DNA of 64,000 bases, from assembly GCF_018350175.1 (NCBI RefSeq), contig NC_058369.1:7814001-7878000 (forward strand). Direction: 5' to 3'. Position 1 is the first letter of the stretch, and each line of letters starts with the position of its first letter. Origin of the DNA: Felis catus (lineage: Eukaryota). The translations under genes were made by a program, and so were the position numbers. Of the stretch, positions 35,301 to 47,700 are shown one piece after another. A model generated the notes under the pieces. The model ran no database searches and was not told the DNA's origin. It worked only from the letters and a program-made list of their open reading frames with translations.

Positions 35301-37499
35301 ACGCATGGTCTGCTTTCAGCTGTGCAACGTCACAGACTCACCGAAAGTTCCATTTGCTCAGTTGCACATCAACAGTCGTGTATGGTCTCATGCACACACA
35401 TGCACGCGCGCGCACACGCGCACGCACACACACACACACACACACGCCTGGGGTCCCTGAAAGTCCTTCCCAGCCCTGCTTTAGCCCCAGGCATAGAGCT
35501 AATTAGTAACTGTTACTTCTCAGGCCTGAATGCTGAGGGCCGAGGTGTGGATAAGGGCATTTATCCTCACTTCCTGCCCTCTTGTCAGCCATCCATCCTT
35601 CTGAGGGCGGGGGGCTTGGCTGAAGCCAGCGCTTTATTGTCAGGCTGGGCCAAGGGCCCCCCGGACTGGGCCGCTGGCTGATCACGCTGACAAGCTGGGT
35701 GAGGGAAGCAGCCTCACTCAGCCCGAGCCTGGTGCCAGCTGCCCAGAGCAGTCTGCTCTGCCATCTGGACCCCCCTCCCAGCCGCCTGCTGCCCAGGGGA
35801 GGGAAAGCAGGCTTAGAGGCACCCCTCTACCGCGGGCACTCAGGCCAGTTCGTGAGGCCCTGCCTTCCATGCCTGGGTTTCTGCCAAGGCCGATTTCCGC
35901 AGATGTACAGAGGGGTCTGGACAGCGGCGCTGTGTGCCTCTGTCCCTCTCCCCTGGACTGCAGGGCTTTTGCTGGCCATCCCCTTCTCCATTCCTTCCTT
36001 TATTTTGCAAACCCCTGGGCTGTTTCAGGCATTGGGGATCTGGCCACAGAATTCGAAGAGCCCAGGGCAAGAGGAAAAGGCAGGGGTCCCGGGCAAAGGA
36101 ATGAAGCATTTCAAGACAAGGGCAGTGCATTAAACCTTCTAAGCGTGGGACCGCGAGCGATGGCACAGGTCACATGCCTGCGAAGTTGGGTCTCGATACA
36201 GCTAAAACAGGACTGAAAAATCCCCTGCCCTCGTGGAACTCAGGCTGCTGAAAGCAGAAATGTAAATATATGATATGTCAGGGGTGAGGAGAACTGAGAA
36301 GAAAAGTAAAGCCGCGTGAGGGCAATGGAATGGAAGGAGGCATCTGTGTCAAGGAAACAAACCCTCTGGAATGAGGTGCTTTTGAGCAGAGGCCTGAGGA
36401 GGTAAGGGAGTCAAGTGGATTTATTCATTCATTCAGCAGATATTTGTTGAGCACCTACTGTATGCCAGCATGGCCCTAGGACTGGAGATCCAGCTGGAGA
36501 CAAAATAGACCAAGGTCTCCACCTCATGTCCTAATCAAAGGACAGGCAATAACTGATAAAAATAATAGAGTCTGTATCTTGTTAGAATGTTATAGGTCTA
36601 AAAGAGACAAGAGGAAAGTGGTCAAGGAGATCGGGCGGTGGGAGGAACACAGGATATCTGAGTCTGGTTTTCTGGGTCAGGAGAACTACAAGTTCAAAGG
36701 CCCTGAGGTCTGAATATGTGTGAAGGGTTTGAGGAACAGTGAGTCAGCCAGTGGGTCTAGGGGGAGGATGGGAGGTTTCTGTGAATGTGTTGCTGTCTTC
36801 CATGTCCGTCCATAGCTCCACACAGTCAACCACCATGATGCTAATTGCTATTATTACTAGGATAATGGCTAATTTTGTGAGCACCGACTATGCAGCACAG
36901 GTAGGGTTCTGAGTGGCTTGGCCAAGGGTACACAGTTAAGAAGGGGCAGAGCAAGGATCTGAATGCAGGTCTGTGAGTGTAACTTCGGAGCCTGAACCTG
37001 GCCCTTACTACATGGCCCTTTCTCTTTCTGTGTATCTGACCACATTCACAGAGAGGGAGTCGTTCTTTCTCCCTGTGTCCTTCGTGTTCATTCCGCATTC
37101 ACTGAGACTACGTGTGGGGGGCCGTGTTGAATGGGCACCATTCGTACAGATAATGACAACTCAGAATGATGAGTGCTTTCTTGGGGGCAGGATAAGCAGC
37201 GGTAGGGGCTCAGAACACCGACTGGCTCGGTTTGGCCGAGAAGTGGAGGTGACCTTCAAGCTATCTTTACACATTCATCCATTTGTTCAACGACTGTCTG
37301 TCACAGGCTCTTCCTAGGTTGAGGAGATAATATGTACGTTCACTGCTACTGGTTGACACTGAACTGAAGTGCTGGTTAGTGCAATAAGGCAAGAAAAAGA
37401 AATAACAGCCAAAGTAGGGGGCAGAGTAGCGAGTCCATAGTGGGCCCAGCTAGGAACTTTATAATTCTGCTGTTACGCCCTCAAAATAATAACCGGACA

Positions 37500-38100
37500 T
37501 TGAACAAATAGTTATAAGGACTTACTATGTTCCAGATTCGGTTCTAGGCACTGGGGATATGGTAATGAATAAAACGTAAAATATTCTTGCCCTCCTGCAG
37601 CTGATATTCTAGTGTGGGAAGAGACCATGAGTGTCATAGATAAATTACATGGTGTGTTATGAGGGGATAAGTCCCGGGGGGAAAAATAGAGCAGGATAAG
37701 GGAGATTAGGAGTCCTGAGGGGCTAGCAACTTTAAACGTGGTGGGATGGAGAGAAACTCCGGGAGAAACACCTGAAAAGGTGAGATATGAACAAAGACTT
37801 GAAGAATGTGAGGGTCCAGTGGATATTTAAGGGAAGTGAGGAAGCAGAAGGAGCAGCAGGTGCAAAGGCCCTGAGACTGGAGCGTGCCTGGTGGGTGCAG
37901 AAACAGCCAAGAAACCAGTGTGGCTAGAGCAGGAGCTGAGAGGGAATGGTAAGAGGTGAGGACAGGGAGGTGCTTGGGCACATCCTGCAGAACTGTGTGG
38001 GCTTCCTCTTGAGGACTTCTCCTCTGAGTGAGGTGAAAGCCACGGAGGGCTCCGACCAGAGGAGGGACATGATCTGACATGGGTTCTAGCAGGCTCTCGC
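37500..38100. mobile_element. L2 LINE fragment
   Basis: ttctaggcactggggatat...gcaaaggccctgag...aaagccacggagggctcc...gacatgatctgac. Confidence 0.65.
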
Positions 38101-38724
38101 AGGCTCAGGTGTTGGCAGTACTAAGCACTTACTGAGCGCCAGACACTGTCCTGTGGGAATTCAACAAGGTCTGATTTCATTTCATTCTCACACGGACCTT
38201 GCAGGGCTTATCATTCCATTTCACAGAGGAGAAACTGAGGCTCAGAGAGTTAAAGTCATTGACCCATGGCCACGGAGCAGTAATTCACGGCACCTGGGTG
38301 CGAAGGTGGAGTGAACCAGCCTCCCCCTCCATCCAGGCTTTTAGACCAGGATCGCCGGCAGGAGAGCGCATTCATCATCGGGAGCGGCGTCTGTGTCCCT
38401 GTCTGTCTGTTTCTATTTCCACGCGTCCCTGTCTGTCTCTGCGCGCCTCTGCTTGCGCGTCCCCCATCTGTGCCCAAGCCGCCGTCTCGCTGTGCCCGGC
38501 CCCCGCACATCGGAGCTATTTCGGGTTTAGGCATAAAATCCCAACAGCTCGGAGGAGACGCTTCCTCCGGCCCCCGGCTCGGACCACGCGCCACACGCGG
38601 CCGCCTCTGGGAGCTCCCGGTCTTCTCTGCGGGATCCCCAGGCCGGGGAAAGCCCCCGCGGGAGGACGGGTGGGGGCTGGGGCGACCCGGTCTCGAGGCT
38701 CCCGGCCCCCCAGTGGCCAACCCG

Positions 38725-38830
38725 GGCATTGACGCCGTCCAGACCCCAGCCGTGCGTCAGCTGTCGCTCTGGCAACGGGCGAGCGACGTCACCGACGGCC
38801 AGTGCGTCAGCTACTCGATGACGTCACGCC
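38725..38830 (+). promoter_or_regulatory. PDE4A: CRE cluster plus RFX-like X-box upstream of the PDE4A8-type start
   Basis: TGACG 38730, TGCGTCA 38753 and 38803, CGACGTCA 38784, TGACGTCA 38819; GTCGCTCTGGCAAC 38763-38776; within a CpG island. Confidence 0.7.
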
Positions 38831-38988
38831 TCGGGAGCGAAAACTAGCAAGGGGGGTAGGATTCAGGCTCGGTCGGCAGGGGGAGCCCCAGGGCACTAAT
38901 GGCGGATGTCTTCGGCTTGGTCCTTCAGGAGGCGCTGGCCCGCGCCAGCATGACCCCCGCAGCCCCAACGGCGCGCTAGGTTGGCGGG

Positions 38989-39036
38989 ATGAAGAGGAGT
39001 CGCAGTGTCCTGTCCGTGGCTGGGACTCGGGACGAG
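38989..39036 (+). CDS. PDE4A: PDE4A8-type first coding exon ([16 protein letters not shown])
   Basis: ATG in gggATGa, donor GAG|gtgcga; resembles PDE4A8/PDE4B1 N-termini. Confidence 0.88.
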
Positions 39037-41700
39037 GTGCGAGGGGCGGGGCCCGGGCTGAGGGGCGGGACTTGGGCCGCGGCGGGGGACGGGCGCCCTC
39101 TTGTGACCAACGGGTTGTTCACTAAGTGTTTCTCCATATCCTCAAGTCTGAGGAGTGTCATCCATCGCCTTGTGCCTCAGTTTACACCCTTGATCCCATT
39201 ACTTTCCTGCTGCCTGGATCAAGAGGCTCTCAGCCCAGGGACCGAAAGCAGGAGCTTCCAAGGGGCTTCTCAAGTGGGTGGAGGAGGGGTGCTGGGGGTA
39301 AGGTCTTAAAAAGGTCTGTGATGCGAAGGGGGGAGGGGCCACAGATTGTGAGGCCAGGAGGGGCTTTCGTAGACGTGGAGTGTGGGGATGTGCTAGAGAG
39401 TTTTCACAGTGAAGCACAGCGTGTACAGGCATAAGGACCCAGAGCCCCAGGACCGGAACATCGAAAGGGAGCCCTACAAGAATTATGGCTGAGAAGGGGC
39501 ACCCCTTAGATATAAGGGAGGGATCAGCGAGTGGCTAAGCCGTGAGGGGGACACGAGGAGCCTATATCCCCATCAGCCACTCTCTCAGGTGTCTAGAGAA
39601 GGGTGTTACTGGAGGGAGGGGCTCAGAGCAGCCTGGCTGCGCCCTTATTCTGCCCTCGTCCTTCCTCAGAGGCTGTGGGAGACTCCCGAGCCCACCTGTG
39701 CCAACATGCTGGGGGCCGACCTTCGACGCCCTCGCCGTCGCCTTTCCACAGGTCCTGGCCTGGGCTGGGCTGAGACTGAGCCCTTGGATGTTGGGATCCC
39801 TCTGCCACCAAGGCCCACCACGCTGCCATTGCTGGTCCCTCCAAGGATTTCCATCACCAAAGCCGACAGGTAGGCAGGAGGGGACCAGGCTGGGAGGAGG
39901 GGTGGAGATTTAGGGCAAGCTGGGCTAGGTCCAGCCGCCAGCCCTTTCCATGCTTCAGGCCCCTGGCTTTTCACAAAACCAGCTGGATCTTCTCCTGGAT
40001 CCCAGTACATCAGGCTGTGACATCCCTTCCCCAAAGGCTCCCCTTGCGGCCTCTAGGAATCCCTTCCATTTTGCAGCTGGCTGAGTCAGCATAGAGGCAG
40101 GCCTGTGGAAAGGGTTTCAGCCCTCGAGTCCCCAAAGATGCCCCCGCAATGAGAGAGCGGGGAGAGGCTAGGGGGTGGGTCTCCCACCAGTCAGCTGTGC
40201 ACCCCTATTTCCTATCCTGGGAGGATGCACTTTCTTCCAGGTCTTAAAGTGGCTGGTGAGACCCTGGAGGAGGGCTGGCCTGGCATTTTTCTTTCTCTTG
40301 GGTAGATGTGAGAGGTATATGTGAGCCCCGGCTTCACATAGTTTCTTGCTCTTTTTCATCTGGGGTCCTCCGAGGGCACTGCAGCCCACATCTTGGCTGA
40401 GGATGAGTTTGAAAGTGGCCAGGCCCCTGCCCCTGCTGCCCTCCTCAGGCCACCATTCTCTCCAGCCTCTTCCTGTCCCCTTATCTACTCAATTGGAGGT
40501 CTCCAGGGTCTCCGGTTAGGTCATGGTAAAAATGCTTCATTTCCAGTTGGGGGAGGGAAATGACTGTCGTTCCCCCCCCTCCTTCCGTCTAATATATCCT
40601 CCTCCCCCTCCCCCCAAATAATCCTTCTACTCTCTACCAGGTTCAGGTCCAATCTGATCCATCCCAGACTCAGACCAGAGCTCCAAACACCAGCCTTGGC
40701 CCACTGCCTTGTGCTCCTTTTCTGCAAACCTCCCTCCCAACCCCGGACTGGGGCCCGAGCCCTCGCCCCAACCCCCATCCCTGATACCCACCCAGAGCCC
40801 GGGCCAACGCTACAGTCTCCACTCACTCCCCTGCTCAAAGCATTTGGCCCAGCCCAGGACCCTTAAATGATCTGGGGAGGACTGACAGCCCTCGCCAATC
40901 ACCTAGAAGCCATTCTGGGTGTATACTGCGGGGGGAGGGTCCCTGAGAGAAGTGGGAGACACAGTTCTAGCTTCTGGGATACCCTGCGGCTGCTAATGCG
41001 GGGCGGGTTCTTGTTCTGCGTTCGCCCACGCCTGGAGCCCCCTCGGGAGGGGAGAAAAGCGGCTGTGGGGGTTGGAGACGGGCTCTTTTCTTTTTTTTTT
41101 TTTTCCTTTAAGAACAGTGCGGGGAGGGCGGGGGGGGGGGGAGGAGGGCGGTGGCAGACGGCACGGCCTGCCCGGGGGAGTCCACGAGGGGGGGATCGCG
41201 GGGGTGGGGACCTGGTTCCGGGGACGCGCACCAGAACCGTTTAGCATCCGAGAGCGCGTCGGCCACAGGAGGTGGGGGCACGCGGGCGAACGCGCTCCCA
41301 AAGCCCGGCCACCACCAGGGCTCCGTCGCGGCCAGGGCGGCAGAGATGGGGGGAGGGTGGCGCTCAGATCCCGCTCGCTCTCTGCTTGCTCGCTCGGCGC
41401 GGCGCTGGGGGAGGCGGGAGCGTGAGTCACGGCGACTCCCGATTTAGGTGCCGGAAGGGGGGCTCTGCCGGCGGGGGCCGCGGAGAGGAGGCGCGGCTGT
41501 TTACTCGCCTGAAAAGGGCATGGGGATGCATCCCGCGGCTGCCGGGGACCTGCCTCAGTTTACCTCCTGCAGAAGGGCTTTACAAGAGGCGGCGATACAC
41601 AGAGCGGTGGGCGGGCAGCTGCGGTGTCCTCCTGGAGCCACACGGGGACCAAAGGGACACACCCCAGAAACACCCCAGAGCTGCCCTCAGGCCGACCACA

Positions 41701-41749
<49 letters not shown>

Positions 41750-44700
41750 CAACACGTATAGACTACCTCATACCACAGTCAAACCACGGAGGCTGAATTG
41801 CCTGCACAACTCCGCAAGCACAGACCAACAATACACACCCTAACGCGTGGGTACACATGCACAGCCCCAGGCCACCAGAACAGACCCCATAGAGGCGCAC
41901 ACCCGCCAAACAAGCGGCACACGTGCGCACACCTCCTTCACCCACAGACACACAGATACACACACAGCGAAATCCAGAGAAACAGGCAGACCGCAGCAGC
42001 CAACCACGTGCGCGCACACACTTCCAGCCGACACGGAAAACACAGACAACACTCGGAAGGGGCCACGTGCACGCACATCCCGCACCGGGCACACACCGTT
42101 GCCATCTTCCGACCCACCAACAGGAGAATCCCGGAACATCGCCGTTGCCAGCCGCAGGGACCGCGTCGGTGGCACCGGGACCACTCCCCACACGCTCCCC
42201 CCGGACCAGGGGTAGCGGCGAGGACACGCCAGCATAGGGCTCCGCCCCCGCCATGATGGACGGACTGACTGACACACCGGCAACCAGTCGGGTGTCTCCT
42301 TCCTGATCGGATTAACCGTTTAACTCCTTCTTTCCCGTGCACGCCGCGGCTAGGCAGGGCGCTTAGGAGAGAGCCGAGTTCCGGCGCCCCCTCCCCTCCG
42401 GGAGCGGGGCTCTGCGTGGGCGGGGAGGGCCCCCCTCCTCGGGTGGCTGCCCCCCACAGGCCCGGACGGTGGAGGAGGAGGGGGGCGGCGCTGACAGAGC
42501 GGCGGGCGGGGGGCGGGGAGGGGCGGGACGGGGCGGGGGAGCCGGGGCTGGCGCGGAGCGGGGTACCGAGCGCGGAGAGCGCTGCCGGGCGCGGAGCAGA
42601 GCGCCGGCCGCCGACCGAAAGCCGCGGCGCCCGGCCCGGGGGCGATCGGCCCGTAGCGCCCCCGGGTCTGTCCCCGGGGCGCCATGGCCCCAGCGAGGCC
42701 GGGCGCACCCGCGGGGCCCCGGGCGCGTCGGCTAGCGCGCCGCTGAGCAGGGTAAAGCTCGGAGAGGCCGGGGCCCCCCCGGGGCACAGGAAGGGGCCGG
42801 CGCCATGGAGCCCCCGGCCGCCCCTTCGGAGAGGAGCCTGTCTCTGTCTCTGCCCGGGCCCCGGGAGGGCCAGGCCACCCTGAAGCCGCCCCCACAGCAC
42901 CTGTGGCGGCAGCCGCGGACCCCTATCCGTATCCAGCAGCGCGGCTACTCTGACAGCGCGGAGCGCGCAGAGCCCGAGCGGCCGCCACACCGGCCCATAG
43001 AGCGCGCCGACGCCGTGGACACCGGCGACCGGCCCGGCCTGCGCACTTCTCGCATGTCCTGGCCCTCGTCCTTCCACGGTACCGGCACCGGCAGCGGCGG
43101 CGCGAGCGGAGGCAGCTGCAAGCGGTAAGACTCCGGGCGGCGGACGCGCGTGGAGCGGATAGGCGCGCAGAGAAGACGCCACTCGCCCCGCCGACCGCAG
43201 GGGGCGCTGTGCCGCGGGTGGAGTCTGAGTGACTAGCGGGGGTGTGTGTGTGTGTGGGGGGGTGTTCCACTGTGGGGGCGTCCGGGACCCGACCCTGGTG
43301 GTGCCCTGTACCCGAATACCCTTCCTACTGAAGCTGATCCTGGGGTCGACTTGGGGGGCGCCATGCTGCATGTGGTAGTAACGACGCCTCGATTCAGGGC
43401 TGCAGCTTTGGAGTCTGCACCCTTAGTTGGTGACGGTGCAGAACATGGCTAAGCTGGGTACTTGAAGGGACTTTCCTGGGGGCACTGAACTGGCAGCTAG
43501 ATTCACTACGCTTGTGGATGATCTCGAGGGCACTGTAAGGGGCCGCTTCCTAGGATCCCAGTGTTTCCTCCAGGCTGAGGGGCGCTGGCCATCCTGGGGA
43601 GTGGAGGACTGTGCGGGGGACATTCGGGGGACTCGCCCTGAAGCAGCTGGGGTCAGAAATCCAGAGGGGGTTTTGGGGGGAGCACTGTGTTGGGGGCCTG
43701 TGTGCCGGGTTGGAGCTTCCTCTCAGGACAGGAGTGTTAGGTTCAGTAGCTGCCCGGAGGGAGGGAGGCAAGAGTGTCCAGGGGGTGCACGATCCCGGCC
43801 CAGGGTAGGGGAGTCTCTGCCTCCCAGAGGGGACAGTGTTAGTGAGGGAGGTGTTGGGCTGACTCCAATGGTATCCTCACTGACCTGGGGTGGCTCCAGC
43901 TGGTGGGGTATGCCTAGCTGGGTCTGCCTTCGCTCCATGCGCTGCCTGGGCTTCTGGGGCCCTGTGACTGTGACATAGGATTATGTGGGCTCTGGGGACA
44001 GTGATTATGGCAGTGGAACTGTGTGTGCTTCTGAGACAGTGATGGTGACACAGTGATGGTGTGCTTCCAGGACAGCGATTGTGACGGTGTGACTTGTGTA
44101 CTTAAGAGTCACGGTAACTGTGACAGTATGACTGCGTGAGCTCCCAGGACCAGGATCGTGTGACTGTGTGCTTCTGGGACAGCGATTGTGACAGTGACCG
44201 TGTGTGCTCCTGAGGCAGTGATTGTGTATGCGCTCCGGGGATGCAGCGATGGTGGCACTGTGATGTGTACATTCCGGGACAATGTGACTGTGTCAACGGG
44301 ACTGTTGACATTGACTGAGACATTGACTGAGACATTGACTGAGACAGTGACATGCTCTCAGCTGCCTCTGTCCCCCGTGTCCAGGAGTCCTCTGACTTCC
44401 GGAGTGTGCTCCCTCTACCACCTGGTGTTCTCAGTTACTGTGCCTGCTCTAGTGGTGCTCGGGGTCTGACTGTGTGCTTTGGTGACATGTATGACCGATG
44501 GCTTCGACTGTGTGCTTTGTCTGACCCCCATGGGTGCCCCTCTGCTTGGGACGTCATTAAGACGGTCAAATCCCGGCCTCTTATGGCCGGAGTTCCCGAG
44601 GGAGGCCCCTCTGGGCTGTGACCCTGCAATTCTCGCTCTCTCTGGGGACTTCCAGCAGGCCCTACAGCCCCCCCAAACCACCCCCCATCCCCATTGGAGA

Positions 44701-47700
44701 CATACCCAGACCCAGCGCCCCTGCCCCCAGCAGGAAGCGAGTGCCATGGGCCCAGCACACACAGCCTGCTATTTCCCAAGGGGAACCAGCGAGAAGCTGA
44801 AAGAAAACAAAACTGGAATCAACAGGAAATGCCAAGACCAAGGGCTGTGTGCCAAACTGGCTCAGGTCACTGTCCTGAGAGATGAATGAAGGAACAGAGT
44901 GCAGGGGGCCCTATTCCTTTTTAAGGCCCCAGAGACTCCCCCTACCCTAGTCTCTGGGCTGCTGACTCTCTGGGGACAGTAGCTGAGTGGTAATGATCAT
45001 CATTATCTTAGTGGCGTCTATCTTGTAATGGCTCACTCTTGGGCTCCATGCTGGGGACTTTCCTACACGTCTCTTCCTCTCCAGTGCCTCATCAGGTATT
45101 CCTGCTGGACACACGGAGGCCCGGAGGGGCAAAGTCCCTTCTCCTTCTTGCCCAGGCTCACACAACCAGGAAATGGCAAAGCCGAGATCCCAACACCCAT
45201 CTGTCTGATGCCTGGGGTCCTGGCACAAGTGTCTCGCCCTCTCTGAGCCTCAGTTTCCCTGTCTGTTAAGTAGGGCTTTGGCACTGCTCTGTGGGGGGGG
45301 GGGGGTGTTTGAGAGTTCTGTGCGAATGGGGATGTGTGTAAAGGACTGCACACAGTGAGTGCTCCGTAGATAGTCGCTCAGGGACCTGCACTCAGGGGAG
45401 GAGGTGGGGCTTGGGTAGACCTTGCTCCTTCAGGGTGGGAAGGAAAAACAGGAACCTCAAGTACAGGTTTCTGTTTCTCTGTGGGCCTGTGTAGCCTGCA
45501 GTGGTTGTGGCCTTGGTGCCAGTGTCCTCCCCCCACCCCTGGGCGGAAGGAGGAAGGGGAAACTAAGAGGCCGCCAGTGGGAACCTGGCTCCTTAGAATT
45601 GGCTTTCTGCCAGCCTGTGTCTCCAGAAAGGGGGTTCCCTGAGTGCGCACAGGGCGTTCCAGTGCTACCCACGTTGCAGTTCATGCAGCCACCAAAAACG
45701 GGATCCAGACAGCCCTCCGGACTTGAGTCACAGGAACCCTCAGGGAGAGGGCACTGCCCCCCATCGGAGATGGCATCCACAACCCCCCTCCAGACCTGGG
45801 GATGCATGAGCCTGTGCTCCTGGCGCCCTGCGGGGCTGAGTCACGGCACCACCACGATCTGTCAAGAGGCAGATGGAGCTGGAGGAAGAGAAAGACTCTG
45901 TTGATGGTGGGGGCGGAGGGGGGGGGGAACTTGCCTGAATTGGGGGCGGGGCCAACATACCGACCCCCTAGCCCCACCCCCGTGCCCTTCTGTACCCCCA
46001 AACTCTCCCCGCCGAGGGAGGGCGCTGCAGCGCCCCTGGGAGAGGTTGAAGCAGCTGGACTGGGGTCACCCTCTAGCCCGTGGCCTCTGTCTCCACTTGG
46101 ATCCTTGCTCGCCCTCCTCTCTGGCTCTCCCTTATCCCTGGCGGTGGCCTGGGAGCGGGTCCCTCCTCGCGCCCCTCCCTCCGCGCGCCCTCTGCTGGAT
46201 GATGAGAAAGGCACAGGCTGAGTGTGCGTTCAGAGTCCGGACCCGCCTGTGGGACTCCAGTCCCCGCGCAGAACAAAGTCGCCGCCGCCGCCACTACCGG
46301 GTGCCCCAGGTTATTATATCATGCTTATCGAGCGCCCCAGAGAGTGGGCGCCAGGCCGGCCGACCGACCGCAGGCTTCGGGTGAGGTCCTCGCCCTCCCC
46401 GGGCGGGACCAGGCGGCAATCCCCATCCAGCCGAGCGCGGTGGAGACGGCCGCCTGGCGGATGCAGAGGAATTTGGTGGAGAAGTTGAGGATGCGGAGTC
46501 TCCTCCGGACTCACCTACGGACAGGCCCAGGCCGGGGCCTCCAACCTGCGTGTTAACTCCCGGTGTCTTTGGCGCTCTATTCCTGCCGAGGAAACTGAGA
46601 GAAGTGACTTGGCCAAGGTCACACAGTGAGGAAGGGCAGACTTGGGGTTAAAAGACCCAGGACTCCTGGACTCCAGCTTGGTGGCTAAGAATCGGATTGT
46701 AGCCCTGCCCACTGACTCGCTGTGGGACGGGGGCCCATGATCATGCCTCCCTGCGCCTCAGTTTTTTCCTTACTAAGCCTTTGTGGATAAGATCTGCCGG
46801 TCCCCAGGGCTGTGGTAAGGCCGAGATGGCCGCCGTTGGGGCTGGGCAGCCAGGAGCTGGGGCTTTTGAGAACTGGCTCCCAACATCTGCAGGGAAAAAG
46901 GGGGGCACCCTCTAAGTACAATCCTGGGCCCTGGCTGCAAGGGCACCCCCTCTTTCACCAGCCACAGAATGACTGCGGGCTCTGAGTCGCAGGTAGGGCT
47001 TTGGGCCTGGGGGAACTGCAAACTGACCAGGTGAGGACAGAGTTTTGGGGGGCACTGAGCCCACTGTCTTCACTCCTGAGTAAGAGCTCAAATCCAGTCT
47101 TTGCCCTTGACTTGCTGTGTGACCCGAGGACAGGATTTCACCTGTCCGAGCCTCATTTTCCTCATGTGGCCATCCATTCCACAGACACTGACTGCACATC
47201 TTCAGGCAGTAGCAAAGAATGAAATAGACCCTGTCCCTGCTGTCCTGGAGTTCTCAGGCTAGTGGGTGAGGAAGGAATAACAAATAAAGGCCTATAATAG
47301 TTCCAGATGATGCCACGTGGGACGTGAAGAGAAGAGGGATCCTGGGGTCAGGGAAGGCCTGGCTGAAGAGGTCACATTTGAGCAGAGACCTAAATGGAGT
47401 GGCAGAGGAGGCTCGGTGAGCCTGAGGGAAGAAGGTGACAAGCAGAGGGAACAGGCAGTTCAAAGGTCCTGGGGTAGGAGCATGTCTGTTATGTTCTAGG
47501 AAAAGTAGAGAGGCAGGTGTGGCTGGGCAGAGTGAGCAAAGGGTGAGTGGAAGGAAATGAGGCAAGGAGGTGCCAGGGCAGCTCACGTAGGGCTTCGCAG
47601 GCTATGGTCAAGGTTGGCTTTAGGGTTCGGTTTATCTCTGACTTGCTAGGAAGGGACAAAGCTCACTGAGCTGGAAACAGACTGAACCGTGAAGGGCCTG

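Larger units (their letters stand above)
41000..43400 (+). promoter_or_regulatory. PDE4A: Large CpG island around the PDE4A4/5-type promoter
   Basis: Very high CpG/GC content, stacked GGGGCGGGG boxes at ~42500-42545, AP-1 TGAGTCA at 41423-41429. Confidence 0.75.

Noticed and set aside
36835..36915. Possible C/D-box snoRNA (atgatg...ctga)
   Set aside because: Box C is imperfect, there is no terminal stem, it is intergenic, and the interior resembles a MIR fragment.
41938..43371. 477-aa minus-strand ORF antisense to PDE4A exon 1
   Set aside because: Low-complexity Pro/Ala/Arg/Gly translation of a CpG island; stop codons are rare at this GC content and no domain is recognisable.
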